A DNA stretch of 64,000 bases from Candidatus Latescibacterota bacterium (GTDB lineage: Bacteria > Latescibacterota > UBA2968 > GCA-2709665). The position numbers and the translations under genes are program-made. Positions 26,375 to 36,641 of this stretch are shown piece after piece (the stretch's first letter is position 1; every line of letters starts with the position of its first letter). Below the pieces are notes generated by a model. The model was not told the DNA's origin and did no database searches. It saw nothing but the letters and a program-made list of their open reading frames with translations. Location: positions 1,152,001 through 1,216,000 of the forward strand of contig OZ242358.1 in the NCBI GenBank assembly GCA_965208835.1. The letters run 5' to 3'.

Positions 26375-27714
26375 GGGGGCCCCGGCGCGGCGATATCCAG
26401 CAGTCGCGGGGCAGCCTTCGACCGTCCGATGAGGTCGTGATCGAGCGCGTCGGTTATTTCAACGTCAGTGAATTCGCCGACCCGCGCTTCTCCTGAAACG
26501 AAGACCTCGCCATCGATCTCGGGAGCGTCCATTCGCGTTCGGCCGATATAGTCGCAGGAAGAATCGTCCGAGGGACGATCAATCAGCACGCGAAGGCTCC
26601 GGCCTACGTATCCGGCGGTGATATCGGAGGATATGACAGCCTGGAGGCTGAGGATTCGGTCAAGCCGATCCCGTTTTTCGTCTTCCGGCACGTCGTCCTC
26701 GAGGAGACCCGCACGAGTGCCTTCCTCGTGCGAGTAGAGGAAGCCGACCAGCCGGTTGAAGCGGATTTCCTCGATGAAATCAAGAAGCTCCTGTACGTGT
26801 TCCTCTCTCTCGCCGGGAAACCCGGCGATCACGGAGGAACGCAGGGCCAGGCCGGGCACCCTTTCCCGTAGTCTTCGGATCAGCGCCCGCGTGTTTTCCA
26901 CCGTGGCGCCGCGATTCATCGCCTTGAGCATGGTATTGGAAGCATGCTGGATGGGCATATCCACGTACGCGCACAGCTTTTCCTCCCGCGCCAGGAGGTC
27001 GATCAGATCGTCGCGCCAGCCGGTGGGGTACGTGTAGAGCAGGCGGATCCATTCGAGCCCATCGATCCGCACGAGTTCGCGCAGGAGGTCGACCAGCCGC
27101 GGACGGCCGTAGAGGTCTGCGCCGTAACGCATGGTATCCTGGGCGATAAGCGCGATCTCTTTCACGCCGGCGGCGGCCATGCGCCATGCTTCTGCGACCA
27201 GGACCTCGATGGTCTCGCTGCGGTTGGCGCCCCGGATTCCGGGAATGGCGCAGAATGCGCACGTCCGGTCGCAGCCGTCGGAGATGCGCAGGTAGGCCCA
27301 GTGATTGGGGGTGAGCAGGTGACGTGCGCCCTCGTCGCGGTAGACACGAGGTCTGGAGATGCCGAGCAGCCGGTCGCAGTGGGAGACGATCTCGCTTTCG
27401 CCGGCTAGACCGACGACCAGGTCCGCCTCGGGGATTTCCGCTTCGAGTTCGTCCCGATAGCGTTCGGCCAGGCATCCGGTGAGAATCAGGCCCTTGCAGT
27501 TCCCGGATTCCTTGTAGTCAGCGGCCTCGAGGGCAGTGGAGATCGACTCCTCCTTGGCCGGTTCGATGAATCCGCACGTGTTTACAACGATGATGTCCGC
27601 GTTATCGGGATCTTCGGCCACCACGTAATCGTTGCATTCCAGCAGCCGGTGCATACGTTCCGAGTCGACGGTATTCTTCGGACATCCGAGCGTTATAAGG
27701 TTTACTGAGGGCAT
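26371..27714 (-). CDS. rimO: Ribosomal protein S12 methylthiotransferase
   Basis: ITLGCPKNTVDSE, VNTCGFIEPAKEES, radical-SAM GCDRTCAFC, GRTRMDAPEIDG. Confidence 0.95.
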   Translation of the reverse strand: MPSVNLITLGCPKNTVDSERMHRLLECNDYVVAEDPDNADIIVVNTCGFIEPAKEESISTALEAADYKESGNCKGLILTGCLAERYRDELEAEIPEADLVVGLAGESEIVSHCDRLLGISRPRVYRDEGARHLLTPNHWAYLRISDGCDRTCAFCAIPGIRGANRSETIEVLVAEAWRMAAAGVKEIALIAQDTMRYGADLYGRPRLVDLLRELVRIDGLEWIRLLYTYPTGWRDDLIDLLAREEKLCAYVDMPIQHASNTMLKAMNRGATVENTRALIRRLRERVPGLALRSSVIAGFPGEREEHVQELLDFIEEIRFNRLVGFLYSHEEGTRAGLLEDDVPEDEKRDRLDRILSLQAVISSDITAGYVGRSLRVLIDRPSDDSSCDYIGRTRMDAPEIDGEVFVSGEARVGEFTDVEITDALDHDLIGRSKAAPRLLDIAAPGPP

Positions 27715-27789
27715 TGGGAATTCCCCGGCACGACAGGTGGCGGGCGGACGCCATCGCTTCTGAGCGAAATGGCCGAAGGACCTGAAGAA

Positions 27790-27818
27790 AAAATGGTCGA
27801 TGCGCTTAATTTTGTCAA
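27790..27818 (-). promoter_or_regulatory. Putative sigma70 promoter for rimO-folA-thyA
   Basis: Minus strand TTGACA-N17-CATTTT about 75 nt upstream of rimO. Confidence 0.5.
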
Positions 27819-27850
27819 GCGGAAGATGGGTGGAGAACCCGAAGGCGCGT

Positions 27851-29077
27851 ATGAGAAATTTGATCATTCAATGGATTCCCTGCGGCTGGTTCGTACTGCT
27901 GGCAGGAGTCCTGCCTCTGGCTGCGCAGTCGTCGGAAGTGGACATTGAGCTGGTCCGTATTGACAGCGGCGAGGCGTCGGTCAGCCCCTATTGGGGTTAC
28001 AACGCGCCAAAGCTGGTGTTTGACGGCGACCACTATTACACGCTCGGCAGATGGGGGCCGCGCCAGGATACCGCCACGGGGATCGTCTATCGCAGCGGCG
28101 AAGCCGGTTGGGAAATCTTCTTCGAGTGGGGTGGGCTACACCATCAGCCGGGGATGGTCTTGCTGGACTCAAGACGGCGCCTCGTACTCATCCACGCGCG
28201 TCGCGACTCCGGACCCCGGATTCTGCATCAGCGCAAACGCGGAAGCCCGCACGGATTTGAGGAACTGACTTTGCCGAAAGGGCTGGATCGCGCGGGCTAT
28301 ATCGGGGCGGGCATGGATGGCGATCGGCTTGTCCTCGGATATATCGGCAGGCCGGGGTCCTATTCGTTTCAGGTCGCGTGGGTCGACCTGGAGTCCGGTT
28401 TCTGGGCAGGGCCGTTCGTCCTGGCGCGGGAGCAGCGTTCGAAGGAACCGTGGACGACGTGGCTGTACCCGCTGATCGTCCCGGACGGCGAGGGTTTCCA
28501 TCTCGTCGTAAGCAACAACGCATATCGCAGTCCTTATTACAACCGAATCAACTATCTGTATGTGCCATATGGAGACCCGGCGTCAGCCATCGCAGAGGTG
28601 GTCGCAGACGTCGATCCATTCAAGCAAAACCTGGCCTTCGCCCAGGCGATCCGGCGGGCGGCCGACGGCGCATTGTTAGTCTCGGCCACGCGCCGATCCG
28701 GCAAGGGGAGGAACCGGCTGATCGTCTTTCGGCGGGATCCCGATGTGCGCCGGTGGAAGACGGTATTCACTGGAAGCGCGGGAGTCGCAGCGATCTTCGA
28801 AAGTCCACACGAGCAAGGGCGTATGTGGATGTCCAGCACCGCGGGAAACGCCCTCCGCTTGTACCGCGGCGAAGATGATGGCCGAAGATGGCGCGCGGTC
28901 GTCCTGGAAGGCTTCGAGGATTTCGGACTGAGGAACACTTTCTTCCTCTATGGAATCTCACCTGCCAGCGGAAGCCTGATACCCGATGAGCCATGCGCGG
29001 TGTTCAGCAGCGGAACGCTTCCGGAAGTTGACCTCTGGTTCGTTCGAATCCGTACCTCTGAACGGCATCTGAGGTGA
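27851..29077 (+). CDS. Secreted hypothetical protein, possible beta-propeller (BNR/sialidase-like)
   Basis: Signal peptide ending LPLAAQ; aromatic beta-rich repeats; Asp-box-like YRGEDDGRRW. Confidence 0.6.
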   Translation: MRNLIIQWIPCGWFVLLAGVLPLAAQSSEVDIELVRIDSGEASVSPYWGYNAPKLVFDGDHYYTLGRWGPRQDTATGIVYRSGEAGWEIFFEWGGLHHQPGMVLLDSRRRLVLIHARRDSGPRILHQRKRGSPHGFEELTLPKGLDRAGYIGAGMDGDRLVLGYIGRPGSYSFQVAWVDLESGFWAGPFVLAREQRSKEPWTTWLYPLIVPDGEGFHLVVSNNAYRSPYYNRINYLYVPYGDPASAIAEVVADVDPFKQNLAFAQAIRRAADGALLVSATRRSGKGRNRLIVFRRDPDVRRWKTVFTGSAGVAAIFESPHEQGRMWMSSTAGNALRLYRGEDDGRRWRAVVLEGFEDFGLRNTFFLYGISPASGSLIPDEPCAVFSSGTLPEVDLWFVRIRTSERHLR

Positions 29078-29208
29078 CCGGCTGCGAGGTATTCCGGGTG
29101 CGAGGGAACGCGACGCAACCCGCGAAATGTCCGCCCGCATCCGTGGAAATGCGGGGCTCCTGGCAGGGATTCCGGGAATTTGAAAGGGGTCAGGAACAGG
29201 GTTCTTTC

Positions 29209-29236
29209 TTGACAAGCGGCGTCTGACTGGTATATT
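29209..29236 (+). promoter_or_regulatory. sigma70 promoter upstream of rpmB
   Basis: TTGACA-N16-TATATT with TG extended -10. Confidence 0.65.
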
Positions 29237-29369
29237 TGTTCTGGCTATGAAGCGCCTCTCCGCGGCGTCTTGCCTTTTTTAGGACGGCAGGCGGGAACGT
29301 GGGCGCGGATTGACATCAGCTTCACCATGACAGAGCAAGTTCAATTGGGATATACCGGAGGCACTGGTA

Positions 29370-29561
29370 ATGGCTGCAAGATGCGACATTTGCGGGAAGG
29401 GGCCGATGGTCGGCAACCACGTCAGTCACGCCAACAATAAAAAGAGACGGCGGTTCAATCCAAATCTCAGACGTGTGCGTGCGACGGTTAACGGCACAAC
29501 CAGAAGGATCAAGGTCTGCACGAAGTGCATTAAGCTCGGCCTTGTGATGAAAGCCGCATGA
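29370..29561 (+). CDS. rpmB: 50S ribosomal protein L28
   Basis: [33 protein letters not shown]...VCTKCIK; GGAGG RBS. Confidence 0.98.
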   Translation: MAARCDICGKGPMVGNHVSHANNKKRRRFNPNLRRVRATVNGTTRRIKVCTKCIKLGLVMKAA

Positions 29562-29643
29562 CGCAGCACTGAGGTCGTCAGATCCTCTCTCACGGATCCC
29601 CCGGGCAAAGGGTCGGAGAATCCCGGGAGCGGATTCCAAGCCG

Positions 29644-29680
29644 AAAAAACTCACCTTTTGTTTCCAGGTGGGTTTTTTTA
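29644..29680 (+). terminator. Intrinsic terminator after rpmB
   Basis: AAAAAACTCACCT...AGGTGGGTTTTTTT. Confidence 0.7.
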
Positions 29681-29769
29681 TTTTTATCGACGGCGCGGGC
29701 TCCTGGCGCCAACCCTGCGTGCGTTGTACGGCAATCGGACCGGATATTACCGACGGGAAAGCGCTCTGT

Positions 29770-31902
29770 ATGGATTACTTTCGCGGCAAACGCTATCTGA
29801 ATACGCTGCAGGACTGGGAAAGGGACGGGACGGCGGCGGGTACGCCGGAAGACTATCTGCCCCGGATGCGGGCTTTGTTGCACCGGACGGGAAATCCACA
29901 GAAAGACTTTCCGTCGGTCATCGTGGGCGGTACCAACGGCAAGGGGACGGTCGCGAGCGTCCTGGCCGCCCTGCTTCAGACATGCGGCCGCCGGACCGGT
30001 ATCTACTCCTCCCCCCACCTGCATACCATCCGCGAACGCATCCGGATCGACGGCCGGATCCTCGATAAGGATGACTGGGCGCAAAGGATTTCCGACCTCT
30101 ACGACCGAACGCGCGGATTTGAAGCGGAGGGGTACGGTTGCTTCACAAAGTTCGAGGCGTTGACGGCGCTGGCGACGTCTATGTTCGCAGATGCCGGCGT
30201 CGACATCGGCGTATTCGAGGTGGGCCTTGGCGGCCGTTACGACGCGACCAATGCCTGGGATGCCGGCGTGGCCGTCCTGACGCAAATCGATCTCGACCAT
30301 ACCGAAATTCTGGGCGATACGGTGGAGGCGATCGCGCTGGACAAGCTCGAAATCGCCCGTGCCGGCAGGCCGCTCTTCACCCCGGCCACACAGAAACCCG
30401 AAGTGCTCGCGCTATTGCGTCGCGAGTGTCGTGAGCGGGGCGTTGATCTTCGCGTTGTCGGCGGCGAAACGGACGGGGATTGGCGTTGGGAAGCGCGGGA
30501 ACTCCCGCTTCCGGCGATGCCGGACCGGGGGTCGGTATTCCGGAAGAACGCCCGGCTGGCGATCGCGGTCGGGCGCCACCTTATGGGGAAGGACCTTACA
30601 GATGCCCGGATCGTGGATGCCCTGACCGGACTCGAACTGCCGGGAAGGTTCGAGGCGGCGCGAGGAACGCCCCCGATCGTGCTGGACGGCGCACACAACC
30701 CTTCCGGCGCGGCGGCCCTCGCGGGCGATTTGGGCAGGATGTCGAAGAGGTGGACGTTTGTGGTGGGGGTAAACTCGGGTCACGACGCCGGGGGGATACT
30801 CGAGGCGATCCAGCCGCTGGCGGAGAAGCTGGTTTTGACGAGGTCTGATCACCCCAAAGCCCTGGCCGTCGACAAGCTCCGCCAATGCCTGCCCGCGGGG
30901 CTTTCCGCCTGTTGCGCGCCGGACGTCGTGGAAGCGCTGGGGCGTGCGGGGTTGCGGGAGGGAAATCCCGTCTGTATCATGGGATCCCTGCATCTCGTCG
31001 GCAGGGCGCGCGAAGCGCTGGGGCTGCCATGTGAGCGGGACGGATTCGGGGAAGACCTGCACCGCGAGAGTCTGGCGTGCCTCGCGAAAGCCTGCGCAAA
31101 CCTGGACCTTCCGATTGAACCGGCATCGGATGACGGAAATCTGTTCCGTATCCGGCCGCCAGGACGCGGGCCGGTCTACTTTCTGCGCAACAGGCATCCG
31201 TTCAACGACTACGTGGCGGCCCGCCTTGCGGAAGACAAGGCATATCAGTACGAGCTGTTTACGGTGGCCGGGCTTCCGGTTCCGGAAACGATGGTGGCAT
31301 TCAATCCATTTGCGGATGAGCGGTTTTCGCGCTACCGGACCCATGCGTCCGTCGACGCGGTCATCGAGGAGGTTGAACTCCGGTTCACCTATCCCGTAGT
31401 CGTAAAGCGGAACAAGGGGTCGCTTGCCCAGGGTGTTTTCCTGGAGGGAGACCGGTTTGCGCTGGAGAAACGCCTGCGAACGCTATTCGAACACAGCGGT
31501 TTTCTCGACAATTTGATCCTGGTTCAGGAGCACATCAGCGGGCCGGAGTATCGGATCGTTGCCGCCCGGGATGAATTGCTGCTGGCATACGAGAAAGTCA
31601 ATGCATCGCCGTGCGGCGACCTGAACCCGCTGCACGGGTCAACCGGATTCGCAAAGCGGGTGGATGCACCTGAAACGCTGGAAGGGCTGTCTCGGGTCAC
31701 GGCGGGCGTATCGGGTGTGATCGAACTGGGGTTCTTTGCAATCGATGTGATTCGGTCCCCGGCAGGGTTCCAGGTGATCGAAATCAACCCGAACCCGATG
31801 TGTTACTTCTATAATCTGCATAACGGGCGATCGGATTTCGTCGGCATCTACGAAAAGCTGATTCGAGAGCATCTGCAGATCTCGAAACCGACGCCGGCGT
31901 AG
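29770..31902 (+). CDS. folC: Folylpolyglutamate/dihydrofolate synthase fused to a C-terminal ATP-grasp ligase domain
   Basis: GGTNGKGTV, YSSPHL..IRERI, FEVGLGGRYDATN, IDLDHTEILG, PGRFE, LDGAHNP. Then LAEDKAYQY, YPVVVKRNKGSLAQGV, ILVQEHI.GPEYR, FAIDVI...VIEINPNP (ATP-grasp). Confidence 0.88.
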   Translation: MDYFRGKRYLNTLQDWERDGTAAGTPEDYLPRMRALLHRTGNPQKDFPSVIVGGTNGKGTVASVLAALLQTCGRRTGIYSSPHLHTIRERIRIDGRILDKDDWAQRISDLYDRTRGFEAEGYGCFTKFEALTALATSMFADAGVDIGVFEVGLGGRYDATNAWDAGVAVLTQIDLDHTEILGDTVEAIALDKLEIARAGRPLFTPATQKPEVLALLRRECRERGVDLRVVGGETDGDWRWEARELPLPAMPDRGSVFRKNARLAIAVGRHLMGKDLTDARIVDALTGLELPGRFEAARGTPPIVLDGAHNPSGAAALAGDLGRMSKRWTFVVGVNSGHDAGGILEAIQPLAEKLVLTRSDHPKALAVDKLRQCLPAGLSACCAPDVVEALGRAGLREGNPVCIMGSLHLVGRAREALGLPCERDGFGEDLHRESLACLAKACANLDLPIEPASDDGNLFRIRPPGRGPVYFLRNRHPFNDYVAARLAEDKAYQYELFTVAGLPVPETMVAFNPFADERFSRYRTHASVDAVIEEVELRFTYPVVVKRNKGSLAQGVFLEGDRFALEKRLRTLFEHSGFLDNLILVQEHISGPEYRIVAARDELLLAYEKVNASPCGDLNPLHGSTGFAKRVDAPETLEGLSRVTAGVSGVIELGFFAIDVIRSPAGFQVIEINPNPMCYFYNLHNGRSDFVGIYEKLIREHLQISKPTPA

Positions 31903-31981
31903 CCGTCCGTTGACCAGGCCGCTCCGCGGTATTTCGACCGCAAGGGCCGGCTGCGGCCCGGATGGCATTTTCAACGGGCTG
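31903..31981. mobile_element. MITE family B, copy 2 (internally deleted, inverted; 79 bp)
   Basis: Matches the reverse complement of both ends of 17642-17801 (GTATTTCGACCGCAAGGGCCGGCTGC.GCCCGGATGG..TTTTCAACGGGCTG); begins right after the folC TAG; flanks GTAG/GCAG. Confidence 0.8.
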
Positions 31982-32044
31982 GCAGGACGCGAACCGGAGC
32001 GAATGAAGAATCGTCGCACACGGAAACTACGGATTGGAAACGAC

Positions 32045-32782
32045 ATGGCGCTCACCGCCGCACAACTCGAACAGTACCGCAACGAGGGCTATGCCGTCGG
32101 CGGAAGGATTCTCGATGACGACGAACTTGCAAGGCTTCGCGCCGCACTGGATTCCATTATCGATCGTCTTCCTCCTGACCGCAGGCCCGAGAACATGCCG
32201 TCGCTTCATTACGGGAACGGGTACCTGCGCGATCTCTTCCTGAGCGACCGTCTCATCGACGTGGCGGAGCAGCTTGTGGGTCCGGACGTCGCGCTGTTCA
32301 CGTCCTACGTCATCAGCAAACGTCCGGACGACGGCCTGGCCGTGGACTGGCATCAGGATGCCGCGTTTTTTCCTGTCGCGCCGATGGATACGTTCACCCT
32401 CTGGCTGGCCGTGGACGACTCCGACGTGGATAACGGCTGCATGCGGGTGCTTCCCGGTACCCACCGGCAGCAGTCAGTGCTCTTGCACAAGGTGGATCTC
32501 GACTCCGGTACGACGCTCCCGATGTCGCTGGAAGACCTCGACCTCTCCGAAGCCAGAGACGTGCAGCTGTGCGCGGGTGAGTATTCCGTTCACGATCCCT
32601 GGATTCTGCATGGGTCCAATCCGAACAAGTCATCCCGGCGGCGCTGCGGTATAACATTGAAATACATCTCGACCCACGCCGAAATCGACCGCACGTTCGT
32701 GTCTCCGTCCGGGTTCGACTGGGACGGGCTCCGTCTCTACCTTGCTCGCGGGAATCCCGGCCGCCACAGCTATGTAAACTGA
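32045..32782 (+). CDS. Phytanoyl-CoA dioxygenase (PhyH) family Fe(II)/2-oxoglutarate oxygenase
   Basis: LTAAQLEQYRNEGY, WHQD, WLAVDD...NGCMRVLPGTH, ILHGSNPN..RR. Confidence 0.9.
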   Translation: MALTAAQLEQYRNEGYAVGGRILDDDELARLRAALDSIIDRLPPDRRPENMPSLHYGNGYLRDLFLSDRLIDVAEQLVGPDVALFTSYVISKRPDDGLAVDWHQDAAFFPVAPMDTFTLWLAVDDSDVDNGCMRVLPGTHRQQSVLLHKVDLDSGTTLPMSLEDLDLSEARDVQLCAGEYSVHDPWILHGSNPNKSSRRRCGITLKYISTHAEIDRTFVSPSGFDWDGLRLYLARGNPGRHSYVN

Positions 32783-32826
32783 TTCTTCGTGTCCTTCCAT
32801 GAAGTCTGCGAGATGATAGACAAGAT

Positions 32827-34491
32827 ATGACGGCAAGCGCTCATCGTTTTGTCCTGCTGACCGACCTCCATCTTTCGGACAACCCGGATACGGCGGCACA
32901 CCAGGCGCTTCAGTGGGCCGTCGACCGTGTGAACATGGAGAGACCCGACTTCCTGGCCGTGGCCGGAGACGTCACGACCTTTTCAACGGGCGTTTCGGCC
33001 GAACGCTGCCTGCAAGCGCTGGACCGGGTCGAAGTCCCGGTGCTCTTCACCCCGGGCAACGCTGAACGGCGGGGCGGGCACGCGATGCCGGTGTTTGAAA
33101 CTCTGGCGGCCCCCGATCGCCGGGTGGACGCGTTCGGCGACCTGCGGGTTCTCCTGCCCGATACGTCTACCGGGACCCTTCCTTCCGACGAGCGCTCGTG
33201 GCTGGTCCGGAGCATCGGGTCCAGTCGCGGGGAGCGGCGGTTGGTCATCACCCACTATCCGCTGGACAGGATGGACGGAGAGAGCCGGACGTGGCTGACG
33301 CGCTGGCTCTGTGAAAACCGCGTCGAGCTTCTCGTTGCGGGACACAGCCATTTCCACCGGACCCGGCGCGAAAACGGCGTCGTCGAGGCCGTGGTCCGCG
33401 GACTGGATCCGGACAAGGCCATCGGCGATCTACCCGGAATCAGTCTCTTCGAGAGCGGGCAAAAGGGGGCATGGACGGAGACATTCATCCCCTGGTCGCC
33501 GGCGATCCGGCTGCTGCCGTCGGACCTCCCGAACGACATGCAGCCGGTGGGCTGGTCGATACAGGGCGACCCGGTGACGGCAGCCCGGGAGACCCTCGGT
33601 TCCGGCCTGCACTGCCTCGAAATCCGGCCCGCGGATTTGGATTTTTCCCGGCAGGCGCTTTCCGCGGCGCTTGGCGACGTCCGGGATCAGGGACCGCTGT
33701 ATCTGTCCTATCATCTGCCCGACCTGCGTTGGAATTCAGGGGCCGGACGCGTCGACGGTGTGGATGCGGTCCGGGCGCACCTGGATTGCGCGATGGAAGC
33801 GGGCGCGGACAGCCTGACGGTCCACGTTCCCCGGGCGACCGCCCGCGAAATGGAGCGCGTTCGGGAGCATCGACCGGAAGCGACAGGATGTTTTCTTGCC
33901 TTCGCCAGGACATTCGGAAGCCTGTTCAGGCAGGCGGTCCGCGAGGGTGTGGGGATCGCGATCGAGAATATTCACAATCCCGACAATACGCCTGTGGACT
34001 CGCCGGATCGGGAATTCGCCACGCGGATCGACGAGTACCTGAGATGGATCGACGTGGTTGCGGCGGAGATGGCTGACTTGCCCGGAGCAAGGGTGGGCGC
34101 GTTGCTGGACGTGGGTCATGCGCGGAACAACGGGGGCGATCTGGATAATCTGCAACCGCTCGGCGACTGGTACGCCAGACTCGGGAGGCGAATCCTGGGA
34201 TATCACATCCACCAGGTGGAAACGGATCCCGGGTCGGGCCTCCTTTCCAATCATCACGAAATTACGGATCTGTTCGGCAGCCGGATTTCCTTTGCCGGTT
34301 TCCTGTGGGCGTGGTCCACGCACCAGATCACCCGCGGTCCGCTCTTCGTGGAGGTCCGCGACGCCGAGGGCCGGGTGAAGACGGTCCGACGATTCCAGCG
34401 CCTGTTTGAGAACGCATGCAGGATCCGGGAAGCAGCGGACCTGCCCGGGAGAACCACCTGCACAGTCTCGGGAGCTAACCTTGATTCATAA
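32827..34491 (+). CDS. Metallophosphoesterase fused to xylose-isomerase-like TIM barrel
   Basis: TDLH, AGDVT, PGNAE, AGHSH; C-half IAIENIH, LLDVGHA, YHIH, FVEV. Confidence 0.75.
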   Translation: MTASAHRFVLLTDLHLSDNPDTAAHQALQWAVDRVNMERPDFLAVAGDVTTFSTGVSAERCLQALDRVEVPVLFTPGNAERRGGHAMPVFETLAAPDRRVDAFGDLRVLLPDTSTGTLPSDERSWLVRSIGSSRGERRLVITHYPLDRMDGESRTWLTRWLCENRVELLVAGHSHFHRTRRENGVVEAVVRGLDPDKAIGDLPGISLFESGQKGAWTETFIPWSPAIRLLPSDLPNDMQPVGWSIQGDPVTAARETLGSGLHCLEIRPADLDFSRQALSAALGDVRDQGPLYLSYHLPDLRWNSGAGRVDGVDAVRAHLDCAMEAGADSLTVHVPRATAREMERVREHRPEATGCFLAFARTFGSLFRQAVREGVGIAIENIHNPDNTPVDSPDREFATRIDEYLRWIDVVAAEMADLPGARVGALLDVGHARNNGGDLDNLQPLGDWYARLGRRILGYHIHQVETDPGSGLLSNHHEITDLFGSRISFAGFLWAWSTHQITRGPLFVEVRDAEGRVKTVRRFQRLFENACRIREAADLPGRTTCTVSGANLDS

Positions 34492-34670
34492 GTTTTCGTG
34501 GACGTTAATTCGGATATGTGCGAGTTAATAAAGGCGATTAGACGGCGGATTACCAGGATACACCAGGTCACTGGACGTAAACTGAAAAAACGTCCTTTTG
34601 GTCGACCTCTACGCCCCATTTCAGGGGTTTTTGTGGCGTCGCCGCGTTGCTGTTTTGTTTCGAATTGGGG
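34479..34670 (+). mobile_element. Repeat element family D, copy 2 (192 bp)
   Basis: CCTTGATTC...GAATTGGGG flanked by perfect CTAA direct repeats; contains the upstream gene's stop; ends 6 nt before the next ATG. Confidence 0.8.
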
Positions 34671-34676
34671 CTAACG

Positions 34677-35750
34677 ATGATTCCTGAATTTGAAGTGAAG
34701 GGATCTCCTTTTCAACGCGGGGAACAGATCGGCCGCCGGTTCATGGCGGAGATACGGGGAAGTCTCGCCCGTTTCTCCGTGATCAGGGAAGTGCGGACTC
34801 GACAGGCCGCCCTGATGGAGGCGATGCGTGGACACCTTCAGAAGGAGTTTCCGGAGATCATCGAAGAGATTCGCGGCATTGCAAGAGGTGCGGAGATATC
34901 CGACGAGGAAGCGTTCTACAAAAATACCTATAACGCCGTCGGTCCCGCGATGGCCGACGATCTCGGCTGCAGCAGCGTGGCATTCGCCACAAGCGACGTT
35001 GGGCCCATCCTCGGCAAGACCGACGACGGGAGATTTCGACCCGATTCGAATCGTCTGGGGGGATTGACGATTCTGACGATACGACCGGAGGCGGGGTACG
35101 ACGTTCTGTGCATCAACCAGATCGGGACGGTGTGGACCGAGTGTGGCGTGAACGAGGCGGGGCTATGCATGGGGACGAACTCCGGACATCCCACGATGAA
35201 AGGGCAGGACGGATCCGGCGTGCCCCAGCACATCGCCCCCCGCCTTGTATTGCAACGGTGCGCGAACGTGAAGGAGTCGGTCGATTTCCTGAGGCAGACA
35301 AGACTGACCGGCAAGGGCATCAACATCGTGCTGGCCGATGCCGAGGGAAACGCGGCCGCTACGGAAAACGCCTGCGACATGAATGGCGTGCGGGGTCCGG
35401 AGCACGGGGTCGTATTCTCCACGAACCACTACTACAGCGAAGAAATGCAGGCCGTGGGCTGGAAGTGGGATCCGGAGTTCATCAGTACGCGGTATTTTCA
35501 GAATTCGATGAACCGGATCGCTCACCTTTACGGGAGATTCGGAGGCGGAGAAAAATCGCTCACGCTGCGGGAAATGCGGGAAGTTCTGATGGATGAACAC
35601 AATCCGGGCGGTCTTTGCCAGCGTCCGCGCAATAACGAAAACAACATGATCACGAATTTCGGCGTGATCCTGGCGTGCCGGAATCGCGAAATGTGGCTAA
35701 ACGAAGGGCTCCCTTCTCTAGACAGGTTCACGCGATATGCGCTGGGTTGA
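34677..35750 (+). CDS. Peptidase C45 family (acyl-CoA:6-APA acyltransferase-like) Ntn hydrolase
   Basis: GSPFQRGEQIG, EEIRGIARGA, G-C autocleavage site DLGCSS, GVNEAGL, STNHY. Confidence 0.85.
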   Translation: MIPEFEVKGSPFQRGEQIGRRFMAEIRGSLARFSVIREVRTRQAALMEAMRGHLQKEFPEIIEEIRGIARGAEISDEEAFYKNTYNAVGPAMADDLGCSSVAFATSDVGPILGKTDDGRFRPDSNRLGGLTILTIRPEAGYDVLCINQIGTVWTECGVNEAGLCMGTNSGHPTMKGQDGSGVPQHIAPRLVLQRCANVKESVDFLRQTRLTGKGINIVLADAEGNAAATENACDMNGVRGPEHGVVFSTNHYYSEEMQAVGWKWDPEFISTRYFQNSMNRIAHLYGRFGGGEKSLTLREMREVLMDEHNPGGLCQRPRNNENNMITNFGVILACRNREMWLNEGLPSLDRFTRYALG

Positions 35751-35788
35751 ATCCGCAGACGGACCCGTCAGGAGATAGCGAATACCGT

Positions 35789-36601
35789 ATGTCTCAACGT
35801 TCATCGTCCCCGCTGGCCGTTGTGACCGGCGCCGCGAGCGGCATCGGAAAGGCCACGGTGGCGCGCTTCGTCGAAGCGGGTTTCTTCGTTGCGGCTCTGG
35901 ACCGTTCGCGGGACGGGCTGGACCGGCTGAAGCAAACGACAATCGGCCCGCACGTCCACGCGTTCCCCTGCGACATGGCCGAGGTGGGGACCCTCACACC
36001 GCTTGCCGGGCGCATCGTTGCGAAGTTCGGGCCGCCGCGGGCGCTGGTGAATAACGCGGGCGTGTGCCTGTACGCGGATATCACCGAAACGACTGACGAG
36101 ATGTGGGAAACCTCGCTGAACACCAATCTCGTCGGCGCATCGGCGCTCATCCGCGGGTTCGTACCCGGTATGAAGGGCGTGGAGGGGGCGGCGATCGTAA
36201 ACGTGGCTTCGCGCAACGCCCTGTCGAGCAGCCCGCGCGCGGCGACCTATGACGCCGCAAAGGCGGCGCTGCTGGCGCTCACGCGCACGCTGGCCGTGGA
36301 ACTGGGCGGCGATGACATCCGCGTGAACGCGGTGCTGCCGGGGTTTGTCGACACGCCGATTCACGGGGACCTGCTTGAAGACCGGGTTTTCGTGGAGAAC
36401 TACCTCAGGCTGATACCGCTCAACCGGATTGGCAGCCCCGCGGACATCGCCAACATCATCTTCTTCCTGGCGTCGGACGCGGCCGCGTTCGTCACCGGTC
36501 AGGGCATCGTGGCGGACGGAGGGCAGATGTCCGGCCAGAACTACGTCAAGGTGTTCGGAGAACGGGAGTCATTCCGGGCTCGCCAGGAACCGGAAACATA
36601 G
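35789..36601 (+). CDS. SDR family oxidoreductase
   Basis: TGAASGIG, NNAG, YDAAK, RVNAVLPG, VTGQGIVADGG. Confidence 0.95.
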   Translation: MSQRSSSPLAVVTGAASGIGKATVARFVEAGFFVAALDRSRDGLDRLKQTTIGPHVHAFPCDMAEVGTLTPLAGRIVAKFGPPRALVNNAGVCLYADITETTDEMWETSLNTNLVGASALIRGFVPGMKGVEGAAIVNVASRNALSSSPRAATYDAAKAALLALTRTLAVELGGDDIRVNAVLPGFVDTPIHGDLLEDRVFVENYLRLIPLNRIGSPADIANIIFFLASDAAAFVTGQGIVADGGQMSGQNYVKVFGERESFRARQEPET

Positions 36602-36641
36602 ACTGGATACCGGAAATGGTGTTTTTCACAGGAGGTGGGAG

